This document shows, one piece after another, positions 1 to 8,213 of a DNA stretch of 35,740 nucleotides. The translations under genes were made by a program, and so were the position numbers. Position 1 is the first letter of the stretch; every line of letters starts with the position of its first letter. Below the pieces are notes generated by a model. The model was given only the letters and a program-made list of their open reading frames with translations. It did not search any database and was not told where the DNA came from. This stretch comes from a virus. The DNA lies in IMG/VR virus record IMGVR_UViG_3300032103_000002, positions 1 through 35,740 of that record, one strand, 5' to 3'.

Positions 1-624
1 CACTGTAAGGTCTTCGCCATTGATAGCGATAGCAGCATTGCCTCCACCTCCACCAAAAATATTGTTTCCGTTAACTATTAAATCCGCAGCAATAGCCACG
101 TTATTATCAACTAATGTGATAGCAGTAACGCCGGTGCTGCTTTTAATATCATCACCATTAACTCTTAAATCACCTGCTATAGTAGCATCAGCACCACTTA
201 GCGTAATAGCAGTAGCAGTGCTAGATTTAATATCATTACCAGCGACAGTTAAATCACCTGCTACCGCAACATCATTACCAGTTAATGTCATTGCCAATCC
301 GGTAGAACTATAAACATACCCGCTGCCGCCTACAGTTAAATCACCACCTGCAACTCTTAAATCACCTGCTATAGTAGCATCAGCACCACTAACTGATATG
401 GCAACAGTTCCACCTGTGCTGCGAATATCGCCACCATTAAGCGTTATATCACCAGTGCTTATGTCAGCACCGCTTAATGCAATAGCAACTGTTCCACCAC
501 TGCTTTTAATGTCATTACCACTAACAGTTAAATTACCTGCAATAGCGGCATCGGCACCGCTTACAGTGATAGCAGTTACGCCACCAGTGCTTTTAATGTC
601 ACCACCGTTTAAGATAACATCTTG
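1..624 (-). repeat. Seven of eight tandem coding repeats of fibre 2 (28, 29, 28, 36, 28, 29, 30 aa). The eighth copy (29 aa) lies at 35599..35685.
   Basis: Hand translation of the minus strand gives: QDVILNGGDIKSTGGVTAITVSGADAAI / AGNLTVSGNDIKSSGGTVAIALSGADIST / GDITLNGGDIRSTGGTVAISVSGADATI / AGDLRVAGGDLTVGGSGYVYSSTGLAMTLTGNDVAV / AGDLTVAGNDIKSSTATAITLSGADATI / AGDLRVNGDDIKSSTGVTAITLVDNNVAI / AADLIVNGNNIFGGGGGNAAIAINGEDLTV / AGDLTVSGNDIKSSGGTTAITLSGANATV. Confidence 0.85.
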
Positions 625-732
625 AATACTGGCATTACCGTTTGAAGTAATATCGCCTGTAGTGCCATCAATTGTAGCAGCGGTATCGCCCACTGCCAAG
701 CCAAATTTGACTTTGAATTTTTCGTTGCTCAT
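1..732 (-). CDS. Tail fibre 2, N-terminal 244 codons. The gene crosses the circular junction and continues at 35685..33895, about 840 aa in total.
   Basis: ATG at 732-730. The minus frame is open from 732 to 1; it is absent from the ORF track because it has no stop inside this end of the window. It is in frame with ORF 33895..35688 through the 55-nt overlap. Translation starts MSNEKFKVKFGLAVGDTAATIDG and is followed by repeats of type AGDLTVxGNDIKSSGGxTAITLSGADATI. Confidence 0.8.
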   Translation of the reverse strand, partial: MSNEKFKVKFGLAVGDTAATIDGTTGDITSNGNASIQDVILNGGDIKSTGGVTAITVSGADAAIAGNLTVSGNDIKSSGGTVAIALSGADISTGDITLNGGDIRSTGGTVAISVSGADATIAGDLRVAGGDLTVGGSGYVYSSTGLAMTLTGNDVAVAGDLTVAGNDIKSSTATAITLSGADATIAGDLRVNGDDIKSSTGVTAITLVDNNVAIAADLIVNGNNIFGGGGGNAAIAINGEDLTV

Positions 733-749
733 AGTTCACACAATCCCTA

Positions 750-3269
750 TTAAATTACGCTTGTTCTAACAATATTAAATCGTGTATTGTTAGCCGTTGC
801 TGGTGTAGCCAACAATCGCATGTTGCTACCGCTTATGTCCGCTGTAAAGTTTGCCAATGCAGCAGCAGTATAAAGTTCACCATATGTAGTTAGCATGGCA
901 CTAGCACCGTTTCTAAGTGTAGTAAAGCCAACAGTATGGAAGGCACCGCTTACAGTGTCTTGTATTGTAATTGTTCCGGTTAAACTGTTCTTTAGTGTAG
1001 TAGTCAGTGCCACTGTCGCGGTAGAAGTTGTTATAACCTGTGTAGTTGTTATCGCCGCCTCGCTACCTAACACAAGATTACTTGTAGTAGCAGTAGGTGT
1101 AATATTTAATGTTCCGCCTGTAGTAACAACACCAGTTGAACTTAATGTTGTTGGTGTAGCCCCGCCGAATCCTGCCACTATATTACCAGTTGCATTAACG
1201 TTTGCAGTTGTAAAGTTGTCGGCAACTAAATTATTGTTAATAGTAGTTGTTCCGGTATTAGCACCGATACTAACGGTTGTAGCAGCACCTGCTAGATTAA
1301 CAGTAGTAGCAGCGGTATTGACTAAATTAAACGTTGTAGCAGTAGTAGTAATATCACCGCCGTTAACAGCCAAATCACCACCTAATATTGTGTTGCCAGT
1401 GATCTGTGCAGTGCCCTGAACATCCAAACTATAACTTGGTGTATTGGTGTTGATACCAACACGATCCGTTGCAGTGTTCACAAATAGTTTGTTAGTGCTG
1501 ACCGCTAGGTTGTGCGGGATACTAGTATTTCCGTCACCGTCTAATAGCACCAACTCATTGACTACAGTTCCTCTGCCGCCATACCAAGGCACACCGCCGC
1601 TGGCATAACCATTATATTGACGGACATAAATCGGACTTGCACTGTTTGCAACACCGGCGTTATCACCTGTGGCAATTTCTAAATATCCGCTATCAACTCC
1701 AACTGATCCTGCACCGATAAACCACGGATCATCCACGGCACTTTGACCGCGAATACCATACATGCTGTTTACACCTTGTGCTTGTGTAGCAAAAGTGATA
1801 AACGGAGCAGTGGCTGCTTGTGCAGTGCCGTTTAAGTTGATATTGCCGCCGTTGACAGTTAAGTCGCCCTGTGCTTCCAATAACGGACTTTTAACTTGAA
1901 CTCGTCCGCTGGCAAGATTACCTAAGTTAACTTCGGTTGTAGCACCATTACCTACGTTAACTACTACAGCGTTTGCATTGAACAAATTACCTGTTGTAGC
2001 AGTAGTAGTAATATCACCGCCGTTGACAGCCAAATCACCTGCAACACTGGCGTTGTTGTTTAATTCCCAAGTATCAGTTGTTTCATTCCATGTGATAGTA
2101 GCGTCTGCACCTGTTTGTCCTCGCTCAACTGCGATAGTAGCATTAGTAGCATCGCCGCCTACATTACCGGCATTAAGAACTAAATTAGTTCCCCAAACAC
2201 TTACACTGGCACCAGTTGCAACTAACGGGCGAATGTTTGCAGTTAAGGAGTTGAATTGTAAAGTTAAACCAGAACCGTTGGTCAGTGTAATTGCACTGCC
2301 GCCAAGCGTAGTTGATAATTGACATTGTGTAGTAGTCAATCCAGCAGCAATAACATAATAAATTGCATCACCAGTCAAACCGCTTGCAGTAGTGTTAAGG
2401 TATCTAACAGGTGTGCCTGCTGTATAACCATGAGCAGAAGAAAACACTAAGGTGTTTCCGCCGGTGATACTAGTTGCAGTTCTTGTTGCAAAATTGTCAG
2501 TGCTTGTGCTAACACGATAATCAATATTATTTAATACTGGGCTGTATGCAAACGCAACGCTACCGAAGTTTGCAGCCGATTGACTGGCACTATCAACACC
2601 AAATAGTAAAGACGAACCATCTCCGGTTGTGTATGGTGTAGTATCAGTATTCTTATACAAGCGAGCAGCACTTTGTGCTCTACCCGGTGTAGTTGTATTA
2701 GTGACTTGGAAAATAGGAGCACTTGTAGTCCAGTCAACTAAACTGGTCGCAATCCAATCCCCATCCTCCCACACTAACATTTGTCCATCGGCTGTGCCTA
2801 CCGGTAAAGGATCAGCACCGTTAACTGCGATAGTGTTACTATCAACGCGACTGATTGTAATACCACCTGTCCCCTCAAACTTAACACTATCGGTAATGCC
2901 TGTGCTACTTACTAATGCTAGATCAGCACCGCCAGCAACAGGGTTTGCCTGAATAACATAACTGGCACCAAGTGCGGCTACGCTGGTAAAGTATAAGTTG
3001 CCGCTACCGTCAGTTGTTAAAACTTGGTCGGTAGTTCCGTCTGTAGATGGAAAAGTATAGTTGGGCAAACTCAAGGTGCTTTGTAACGCTACAGCACCAA
3101 TCAATAAACTCGTTCCTTGAACAGTAAGATTACCACCTACGTTCAGGTTGCTGCTAACAGCACCACCTCCAGTATTCGGGGCACTCAATCCGCTGCTATT
3201 ATAAAGTGTTGTAAAGTTGCTTGAACTTACTTCGCCTACAATAGCGGTTGTTTCATATAAACTTGGCAT
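750..3269 (-). CDS. Tail fibre 1 (839 aa), a T/G/N/A-rich receptor-binding-type protein
   Basis: Long ORF with RBS AAGGAA upstream. It has recurring GDL(A/T)VNGG(D/N)I motifs like fibre 2 and low-complexity T/N/G-rich beta-type sequence. It sits at the end of the structural module, directly upstream of fibre 2. Confidence 0.75.
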   Translation of the reverse strand: MPSLYETTAIVGEVSSSNFTTLYNSSGLSAPNTGGGAVSSNLNVGGNLTVQGTSLLIGAVALQSTLSLPNYTFPSTDGTTDQVLTTDGSGNLYFTSVAALGASYVIQANPVAGGADLALVSSTGITDSVKFEGTGGITISRVDSNTIAVNGADPLPVGTADGQMLVWEDGDWIATSLVDWTTSAPIFQVTNTTTPGRAQSAARLYKNTDTTPYTTGDGSSLLFGVDSASQSAANFGSVAFAYSPVLNNIDYRVSTSTDNFATRTATSITGGNTLVFSSAHGYTAGTPVRYLNTTASGLTGDAIYYVIAAGLTTTQCQLSTTLGGSAITLTNGSGLTLQFNSLTANIRPLVATGASVSVWGTNLVLNAGNVGGDATNATIAVERGQTGADATITWNETTDTWELNNNASVAGDLAVNGGDITTTATTGNLFNANAVVVNVGNGATTEVNLGNLASGRVQVKSPLLEAQGDLTVNGGNINLNGTAQAATAPFITFATQAQGVNSMYGIRGQSAVDDPWFIGAGSVGVDSGYLEIATGDNAGVANSASPIYVRQYNGYASGGVPWYGGRGTVVNELVLLDGDGNTSIPHNLAVSTNKLFVNTATDRVGINTNTPSYSLDVQGTAQITGNTILGGDLAVNGGDITTTATTFNLVNTAATTVNLAGAATTVSIGANTGTTTINNNLVADNFTTANVNATGNIVAGFGGATPTTLSSTGVVTTGGTLNITPTATTSNLVLGSEAAITTTQVITTSTATVALTTTLKNSLTGTITIQDTVSGAFHTVGFTTLRNGASAMLTTYGELYTAAALANFTADISGSNMRLLATPATANNTRFNIVRTSVI
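1333..2039 (-). repeat. 47-nt direct repeat inside fibre 1 (1333..1379 and 1993..2039, 1 mismatch)
   Basis: The string gttgtagcagtagtagtaatatcaccgccgtt(a/g)acagccaaatcacc occurs twice. It encodes the duplicated GDLAVNGGDITTTATT segment. Confidence 0.85.
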
Positions 3270-3278
3270 GGTTGTTCC

Positions 3279-4481
3279 TTACTTAATATTGTATTGGCGA
3301 TACTGTCTTGGTTGCCAAACGCTGGTCAATCGTGTATGACCACCCGACCATTTTGCCAAACTATTTTGATCGCTAACAGTTGCTACCGCTTGCTGGAACT
3401 TACCTTCATAAGTTGCCGCATCTGTTTCGTTATGGCGTTTTAGATAATACTCACGAAGTGTAGCATAGATATAACCTTCTGGGAAAGTTTGCAACACTTG
3501 GTTAGTCTGTGTGTTTAAGTCTGTTAGTTTAATATCGGTGATTGTGCCTGCTGTTGGTATTGTTCCACCTGTAACAGTTACAGTGATCTGTGTTTCGCTA
3601 TCAACAGATATAACTGATATAGTGCCTCCGTTGGCAATAGAGCCAACACCGTTGGTAGCAGTTATTTTACTGCCAACTGTAATGCCTGTTGTAGTAGTCA
3701 TACCGCTGATTACTGCTGTCCAAGGACTTCCTGTGCCTGTGATACTACCAACTGTTCCCACACCACTGATTAAAATATCATCTACTGGACTGAACAATAG
3801 TGCCCAAGCCTTGTAGTAATACATGTTGATTAAGTCGCCTTGCGCGGTATAAGGCAAGAATTTGTATGTTTGCCCAACTTCACTGAACTTACCGCGAATA
3901 ACTGCCGGAACGTTTACAGGTTGTAGATACAACTGTGCAATCATACCCTGTGTAATAATGTCACGATCACCGATACGATCATATACAATCCACGGTCCTG
4001 CTTGACTTTGGTTTGTTTGAGGTGCTGCTGTTTGGAATACAACAGTTCCGTTAACAGTGCCAGTATTAGCAGCACTAAGTGTAATCACTAAATTATTCAC
4101 TGCGGTAACAGTTGCACCTTCTGCTATACCAGTGCCAACAACAGCCATACCAGTTATAACCGTTCTGCTTGGAGTATCACTTAACGTAATAGTGTTAGCA
4201 CCCATACTGCCAGTTGCTGCAACACTTACAATATATTGCTGACCTTGTTTGAAGAACAGGATAGGTTTGTTCATATCACCTGGAATTGGAATAGCACCTG
4301 TGCTATCAACAACACCGATATATTGAGGATCATACGGATCACTACGCAGTGCAGGCAGTTCTAAGTTACGCATTGATAACTCACCTAAAAAGATACACTG
4401 CTTGATCTCTGCTGTGTTTGTGCTGCCTGTAAAATCTTTGATATAATCTACAAGGGCATCTGCTGTTGGGACTGTAAACAT
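3279..4481 (-). CDS. Virion structural protein (400 aa), possibly a tail, adaptor or fibre-attachment component
   Basis: Position immediately upstream of the fibres. It contains two internal T/G/V-rich beta-type inserts (ITLSDTPSRTVITGMAVVGTGIAEGATVTAV... and ISGVGTVGSITGTGSPWTAVISG...ISVISVDSETQITVTVTGG). No family was recognised with certainty. Confidence 0.4.
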   Translation of the reverse strand: MFTVPTADALVDYIKDFTGSTNTAEIKQCIFLGELSMRNLELPALRSDPYDPQYIGVVDSTGAIPIPGDMNKPILFFKQGQQYIVSVAATGSMGANTITLSDTPSRTVITGMAVVGTGIAEGATVTAVNNLVITLSAANTGTVNGTVVFQTAAPQTNQSQAGPWIVYDRIGDRDIITQGMIAQLYLQPVNVPAVIRGKFSEVGQTYKFLPYTAQGDLINMYYYKAWALLFSPVDDILISGVGTVGSITGTGSPWTAVISGMTTTTGITVGSKITATNGVGSIANGGTISVISVDSETQITVTVTGGTIPTAGTITDIKLTDLNTQTNQVLQTFPEGYIYATLREYYLKRHNETDAATYEGKFQQAVATVSDQNSLAKWSGGHTRLTSVWQPRQYRQYNIK

Positions 4482-4808
4482 TTAATTAGTTTCCTTTATC
4501 GTTGCCCATCGCTTATATGAGGCAATGGATAATTTTTTCCTATACTCATCAGTTATGACTTTATTCTTATTGCCATCTCTAACGTTATCTTGATTTAGCA
4601 TCTTTGTGACATTATCTGGACTATATGCTCCACAATCATTATTGCGAGCCATCACCAGTTTATCTTTGCCTTTACCGCGAAGAACAATATCTTCTCCCCA
4701 CCAATCGACCCATTCTTGGTAAGCGAACTCAAACGGAATATTTCTGCGGCGTGCATTTTGTTTTTGAGTGTGATATTCTTTACTATATGGTATTTTAGGT
4801 CTTCCCAT
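4482..4808 (-). CDS. Small DNA-binding / homing-endonuclease-related protein (HNH/AP2-like N-part, NUMOD3-like C-part)
   Basis: The track ORF is 4482..4838, but GGAGG lies 5 nt upstream of the internal ATG at 4808 (MGRPKIPYS...). The pattern ARRRNIPFEFAYQEWVDWW...RGKG...ARNNDCGAYSPDNV and the C-terminal ITDEYRKKLSIASYKRW resemble freestanding phage endonuclease DNA-binding modules. No clear catalytic HNH residues were seen. Confidence 0.4.
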   Translation of the reverse strand: MGRPKIPYSKEYHTQKQNARRRNIPFEFAYQEWVDWWGEDIVLRGKGKDKLVMARNNDCGAYSPDNVTKMLNQDNVRDGNKNKVITDEYRKKLSIASYKRWATIKETN

Positions 4809-5394
4809 TATAACCTCCGAATTGTGTTTTGTCCCCACCTCTGCGAGTAGGTATTCTTGGACGAATTGGCAGCGGTAATTTACCGCCTGGGTAGCAGATG
4901 AATTGCGGGTAGTCGCGTTCGACTATTTGATAGAATTGTGCTTTTAAGGTTCTATCATGCTTAATAGCATTCCAAGGTATTCCATCGAAATATTCATCGC
5001 TTATTCTTATACTTACCACATTAGGCAATTCCATCCACTTATGTTGTAATTTACCATCTTCACCGATTGGTGCCATTGGATCAGGATAACCTTGTTCTGC
5101 TGCTTTTCTGTATTCTTGGCAACGACGAGCAATGGCTTCGGCGTTCTTTTGTTCTCGTTTGATATAGAACTTACCGTCTTCTCTGCCTGTAGTGATAATG
5201 ATATTACCGCTGCTGTTGCTACTGGTTCTTGACCAGTCGCCCTTCATGCTATTGTATAACGCATCGTTCTTCAATAACTTATCTGCCACTCCGTTGTGAC
5301 TTGTAACCATACCGCCGTGATCTTGCCTGTAATAGTCAAAATTCTTTTCAGGGTCTTGGTCACTCAAATATTCTGGTTTATTAATGTCGCTCAT
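4795..5394 (-). CDS. Hypothetical protein (199 aa)
   Basis: ORF in the dominant orientation, first gene after the capsid terminator. There is no obvious Shine-Dalgarno before the ATG at 5394, so the start is uncertain. Confidence 0.5.
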   Translation of the reverse strand: MSDINKPEYLSDQDPEKNFDYYRQDHGGMVTSHNGVADKLLKNDALYNSMKGDWSRTSSNSSGNIIITTGREDGKFYIKREQKNAEAIARRCQEYRKAAEQGYPDPMAPIGEDGKLQHKWMELPNVVSIRISDEYFDGIPWNAIKHDRTLKAQFYQIVERDYPQFICYPGGKLPLPIRPRIPTRRGGDKTQFGGYNGKT

Positions 5395-5420
5395 AGTATA
5401 GTATTTATGCTAAACAATAA

Positions 5421-5450
5421 CCAAAAGAAAAGGCTGCCCGAAGGCAGCCT
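5421..5450 (-). terminator. Rho-independent terminator after the major capsid gene
   Basis: The minus strand reads AGGCTGCC-TTCG-GGCAGCCT followed by TTTTCTTTT. The 8-bp GC-rich stem is 5431-5438/5443-5450. Confidence 0.85.
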
Positions 5451-5475
5451 GTGTTTATATAATCTTGTTTAGAGA

Positions 5476-6645
5476 TTACGGTGTAACATCGCCAGCACCT
5501 GCGTTTACACGCTGGACCATAGCAGCAGCACGAGCACCTGGAAGTGTTGGGCTTACTGTATCGTTGGCTTTGATGTTGTTTAGAACACCAACACCCGCTG
5601 GGTTGCGAACAATCAATGTTCCTTCCATGATGAACTGGTCTAAACTAGCATCAGCATTGCTGAATACTTCGTTGTTAGGACCAAGATCACGCAAACTACC
5701 CCACTGAACAACATCTTCGTTTAGGAAGTAAATGCTGTTAGGTGCAACTTGATCCATGATCCAAGAATCAAAGATTTCGTATGTGTAGTTGAAGTCGCCT
5801 TCGTAAGTTTGGATTGTGTCGCCACGCTCGCTGTTTACGCGGTTGATACCACGGCTTTGAGGGATGTTATCGCTGATACTAGTGCGTAGACTTGTAGGAG
5901 CAACAACAGTGCGAATCTTCGCATTGTAACGCTGTTCAGCAACAGTTACCAACTGCTTGTATAGAGCAGGGCTGAAATACTGGTTAGTAAATGTTCCAGA
6001 GTAGAAAGAACTACCGTTACCATAAACTGTTAGAGCACCAGTTGTAGTTGTTGCACTGTCAGTAGATTCGTTGTTAACGTTAGAGTCGATATCACCAACA
6101 CCAGCAGTTCCGTTGAACGACATAGTTCCTGCGAAAGAACTCAAACTACCCATACGACGACCTGTTTGACCGCTTGGTAGACCACTAGCGGAACCGCTTT
6201 GACCAGCATACTTTGTGCCGATTTGGTCTTGGCGAACTAATTGTAGTTCTACGTCGAACATAAGTTCGATCAACTGCTTAACTTCTTGGTAAGCCTGTGG
6301 ATCACCACCAGCCTGCATAACTGCACGAGCAGTTCCGCTACTAGCGATTGTTGTGCTGAAAATCTGTGTGTAGTTACCTAAGTTGTAACGGCTGTTAGAT
6401 TCAGCGTTTGCTGTAGAAACAGCAGCACCTTCAACTTGTGCTTGAACAGCAGGAGTGCGGTAAATGTCATCAGCCCATAATGGTAATGTGCTGTTAACTT
6501 TACGCTTCTTGCTCATAGCCATGTTTAGAACAGGAGTATCGTCCTTAACACGGTTAGACACATCTAGGTCTAGGTCTTTGACAACGATATCACTGCCATA
6601 TGCTGTGGTGCCGTTACCAATTTGACTGGTTGTAATTTCTGCCAT
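5476..6645 (-). CDS. Major capsid protein (389 aa)
   Basis: It follows portal and scaffold in the canonical order, has RBS AAGGAG and is followed by a strong terminator. Its size and sequence style (LPLWADDIY...EGAAV...YNLGNYTQIF...SSGTARAV...YQEVKQLIELMFDVELQLV) resemble HK97-fold coat proteins as I recall them. Confidence 0.75.
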   Translation of the reverse strand: MAEITTSQIGNGTTAYGSDIVVKDLDLDVSNRVKDDTPVLNMAMSKKRKVNSTLPLWADDIYRTPAVQAQVEGAAVSTANAESNSRYNLGNYTQIFSTTIASSGTARAVMQAGGDPQAYQEVKQLIELMFDVELQLVRQDQIGTKYAGQSGSASGLPSGQTGRRMGSLSSFAGTMSFNGTAGVGDIDSNVNNESTDSATTTTGALTVYGNGSSFYSGTFTNQYFSPALYKQLVTVAEQRYNAKIRTVVAPTSLRTSISDNIPQSRGINRVNSERGDTIQTYEGDFNYTYEIFDSWIMDQVAPNSIYFLNEDVVQWGSLRDLGPNNEVFSNADASLDQFIMEGTLIVRNPAGVGVLNNIKANDTVSPTLPGARAAAMVQRVNAGAGDVTP

Positions 6646-6665
6646 GATTGGCTCCTTAAATTAAA

Positions 6666-7829
6666 TTATCTACCACCTCTAGCCTGTCGCATTCTTTGCA
6701 ACTGGGCAACTAAGAGGTTGTCGGCGGCTTTCTTGTCGCCTCTATTGGCTTGCTCACGAAGTTTAGCAATGTCATCACCCTGACCTTTTTGGCTGTTACT
6801 ACTGCCTTTGCGTTGAGTCAGTGTTGCAATGCTTGCTCCTGCTGATTTAGTTTGTGGCTTATCACGATATCGTAATCCGTCACGCACCAAACTCAAAAGT
6901 GCCTCATCACTACTTATCAAATCTAAGTTATCAACACCAGGAACGATCTGTTGTTTAGCACTGCCCCATACCTTGCTTAGTTTGTCTCGTATTTCGTTAT
7001 AGACATATTCGTTTTTCAACTCTTTGTCTGTAAAACTCTTACGAGCCGTTTCTAATGCACCTGCAACCTGTTGGCTACGGATGGCACGGAATTGGTCTAC
7101 CGCTGGCTTCAACTGACCGATAACGGCTTGTTGTTGCCTGATATACTGCTCATTCTGCTGCATACTGGCTTGTATACGAGCGATCTGTGCAGGATCATTT
7201 GTTCTCGCTAATTGTTGTTGGAAAGTCGTTTGATAATTTTGTGTTTTCACAATCTCATCATAGGCTTGCTTCAACTTAGGTTGAACGGTAAACTCCATTG
7301 CTAAAGTAAGACCTTCTTGTTTTGATCGCATATCATTGATGTATTCATCAAACTCTGCACGCTCAATCTTGAGTTGTCTTGCTTCTTCGTGTATTGCACT
7401 ACCTTGACCTAATATTGCTGCGGCTTTCTTAGCATCAATTACGACTTCTTTGCCATTCTTCATAAATTTGAATTTGGCGTTAGGGTTCGTTTCTGCGAAC
7501 TCAATAAAGTCAATCAATTCGTCTGCTGTAGAATCAGTCTGGTCTTCGCTTACAGGCTCATCCTGGGCTTGGTCCTCTTGATTGTCGCTTACAATTTCAG
7601 TGTCGCTGGTATCAGCAACTTCAGGCTCCCCTTCAGGTGCCACAGGGCTTGATTCTGCTGCCGCATCCTCTTGACCTGTCACAGCCTCGTCTGGCTGCTG
7701 TCTAAGTAGATTACGCTGAGTTTGATCTCTCATAGCGGTCATCTTAGCAGCGATACTATCCATACTTGGAACTGCATTTGTTTCAGTGACCGCAGCGGGT
7801 GTGCTGTTAGGGCTGATTTCGTTTGTCAT
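6666..7829 (-). CDS. Scaffolding protein (387 aa)
   Basis: Located between portal and capsid genes. It has an acidic, disordered N-terminal third and a Q/A/R-rich helical remainder. Confidence 0.6.
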   Translation of the reverse strand: MTNEISPNSTPAAVTETNAVPSMDSIAAKMTAMRDQTQRNLLRQQPDEAVTGQEDAAAESSPVAPEGEPEVADTSDTEIVSDNQEDQAQDEPVSEDQTDSTADELIDFIEFAETNPNAKFKFMKNGKEVVIDAKKAAAILGQGSAIHEEARQLKIERAEFDEYINDMRSKQEGLTLAMEFTVQPKLKQAYDEIVKTQNYQTTFQQQLARTNDPAQIARIQASMQQNEQYIRQQQAVIGQLKPAVDQFRAIRSQQVAGALETARKSFTDKELKNEYVYNEIRDKLSKVWGSAKQQIVPGVDNLDLISSDEALLSLVRDGLRYRDKPQTKSAGASIATLTQRKGSSNSQKGQGDDIAKLREQANRGDKKAADNLLVAQLQRMRQARGGR

Positions 7830-7840
7830 TTAATTTTCCT

Positions 7841-8185
7841 TTATTCGTTATTGGGCACTTCATTAGTGTTACCTAAACGATTCTTCAAGTAAACAGCCCT
7901 TTTGAGCGTGCTTACAAAATTGTCAATACCTGCAAGTTCGTTACTCAACGCTACTCTACGGGCATTGTCGTCTTGTTGATGACCTCTAATTGACGCAAGT
8001 TCATCAGCAAGGCTGAATTTGAAATGGTGGACAAACATAGCAAAATCTCTATTTTTCATTAGTGCTTCTGCTTGGCTACCATAGTGCCTAACCTTGTCTT
8101 GTTGTGCAGTAGTTAATTTACTAATCTGCGACAAATCATAAGTCAGGCGTGTATTATAATGGTCTACGACCTCATCATTAATCAT
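7841..8185 (-). CDS. Hypothetical protein (114 aa) between portal and scaffold
   Basis: ORF in operon context. No motif recognised. Confidence 0.5.
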   Translation of the reverse strand: MINDEVVDHYNTRLTYDLSQISKLTTAQQDKVRHYGSQAEALMKNRDFAMFVHHFKFSLADELASIRGHQQDDNARRVALSNELAGIDNFVSTLKRAVYLKNRLGNTNEVPNNE

Positions 8186-8213
8186 TCTATTCTATCCTTT
8201 AAAGTATTTAGTA

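Noticed and set aside
1-3269. Diversity-generating retroelement (template/variable repeat) acting on the two similar fibre genes
   Set aside because: I recognised no reverse transcriptase in the genome. The shared segments are in-frame structural repeats rather than an adenine-mutated TR/VR pair.
20-3816. Plus-strand ORFs antisense to the fibre and 400-aa genes (20-313, 398-625, 895-1419, 1978-2322, 2629-2952, 3511-3816)
   Set aside because: They lie entirely inside much longer minus-strand ORFs with clear protein-like repeats. Their translations are low-complexity L/V/P/A/I strings, typical of the antisense frame of G/T/N-rich coding sequence. They have no RBS context.
5395-5420. TTGGTT-18 nt-TATACT promoter-like string directly upstream of the 199-aa ORF
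   Set aside because: The -10 abuts the ATG, so a transcript starting there would lack the start codon. It probably reflects AT-rich sequence after the terminator.
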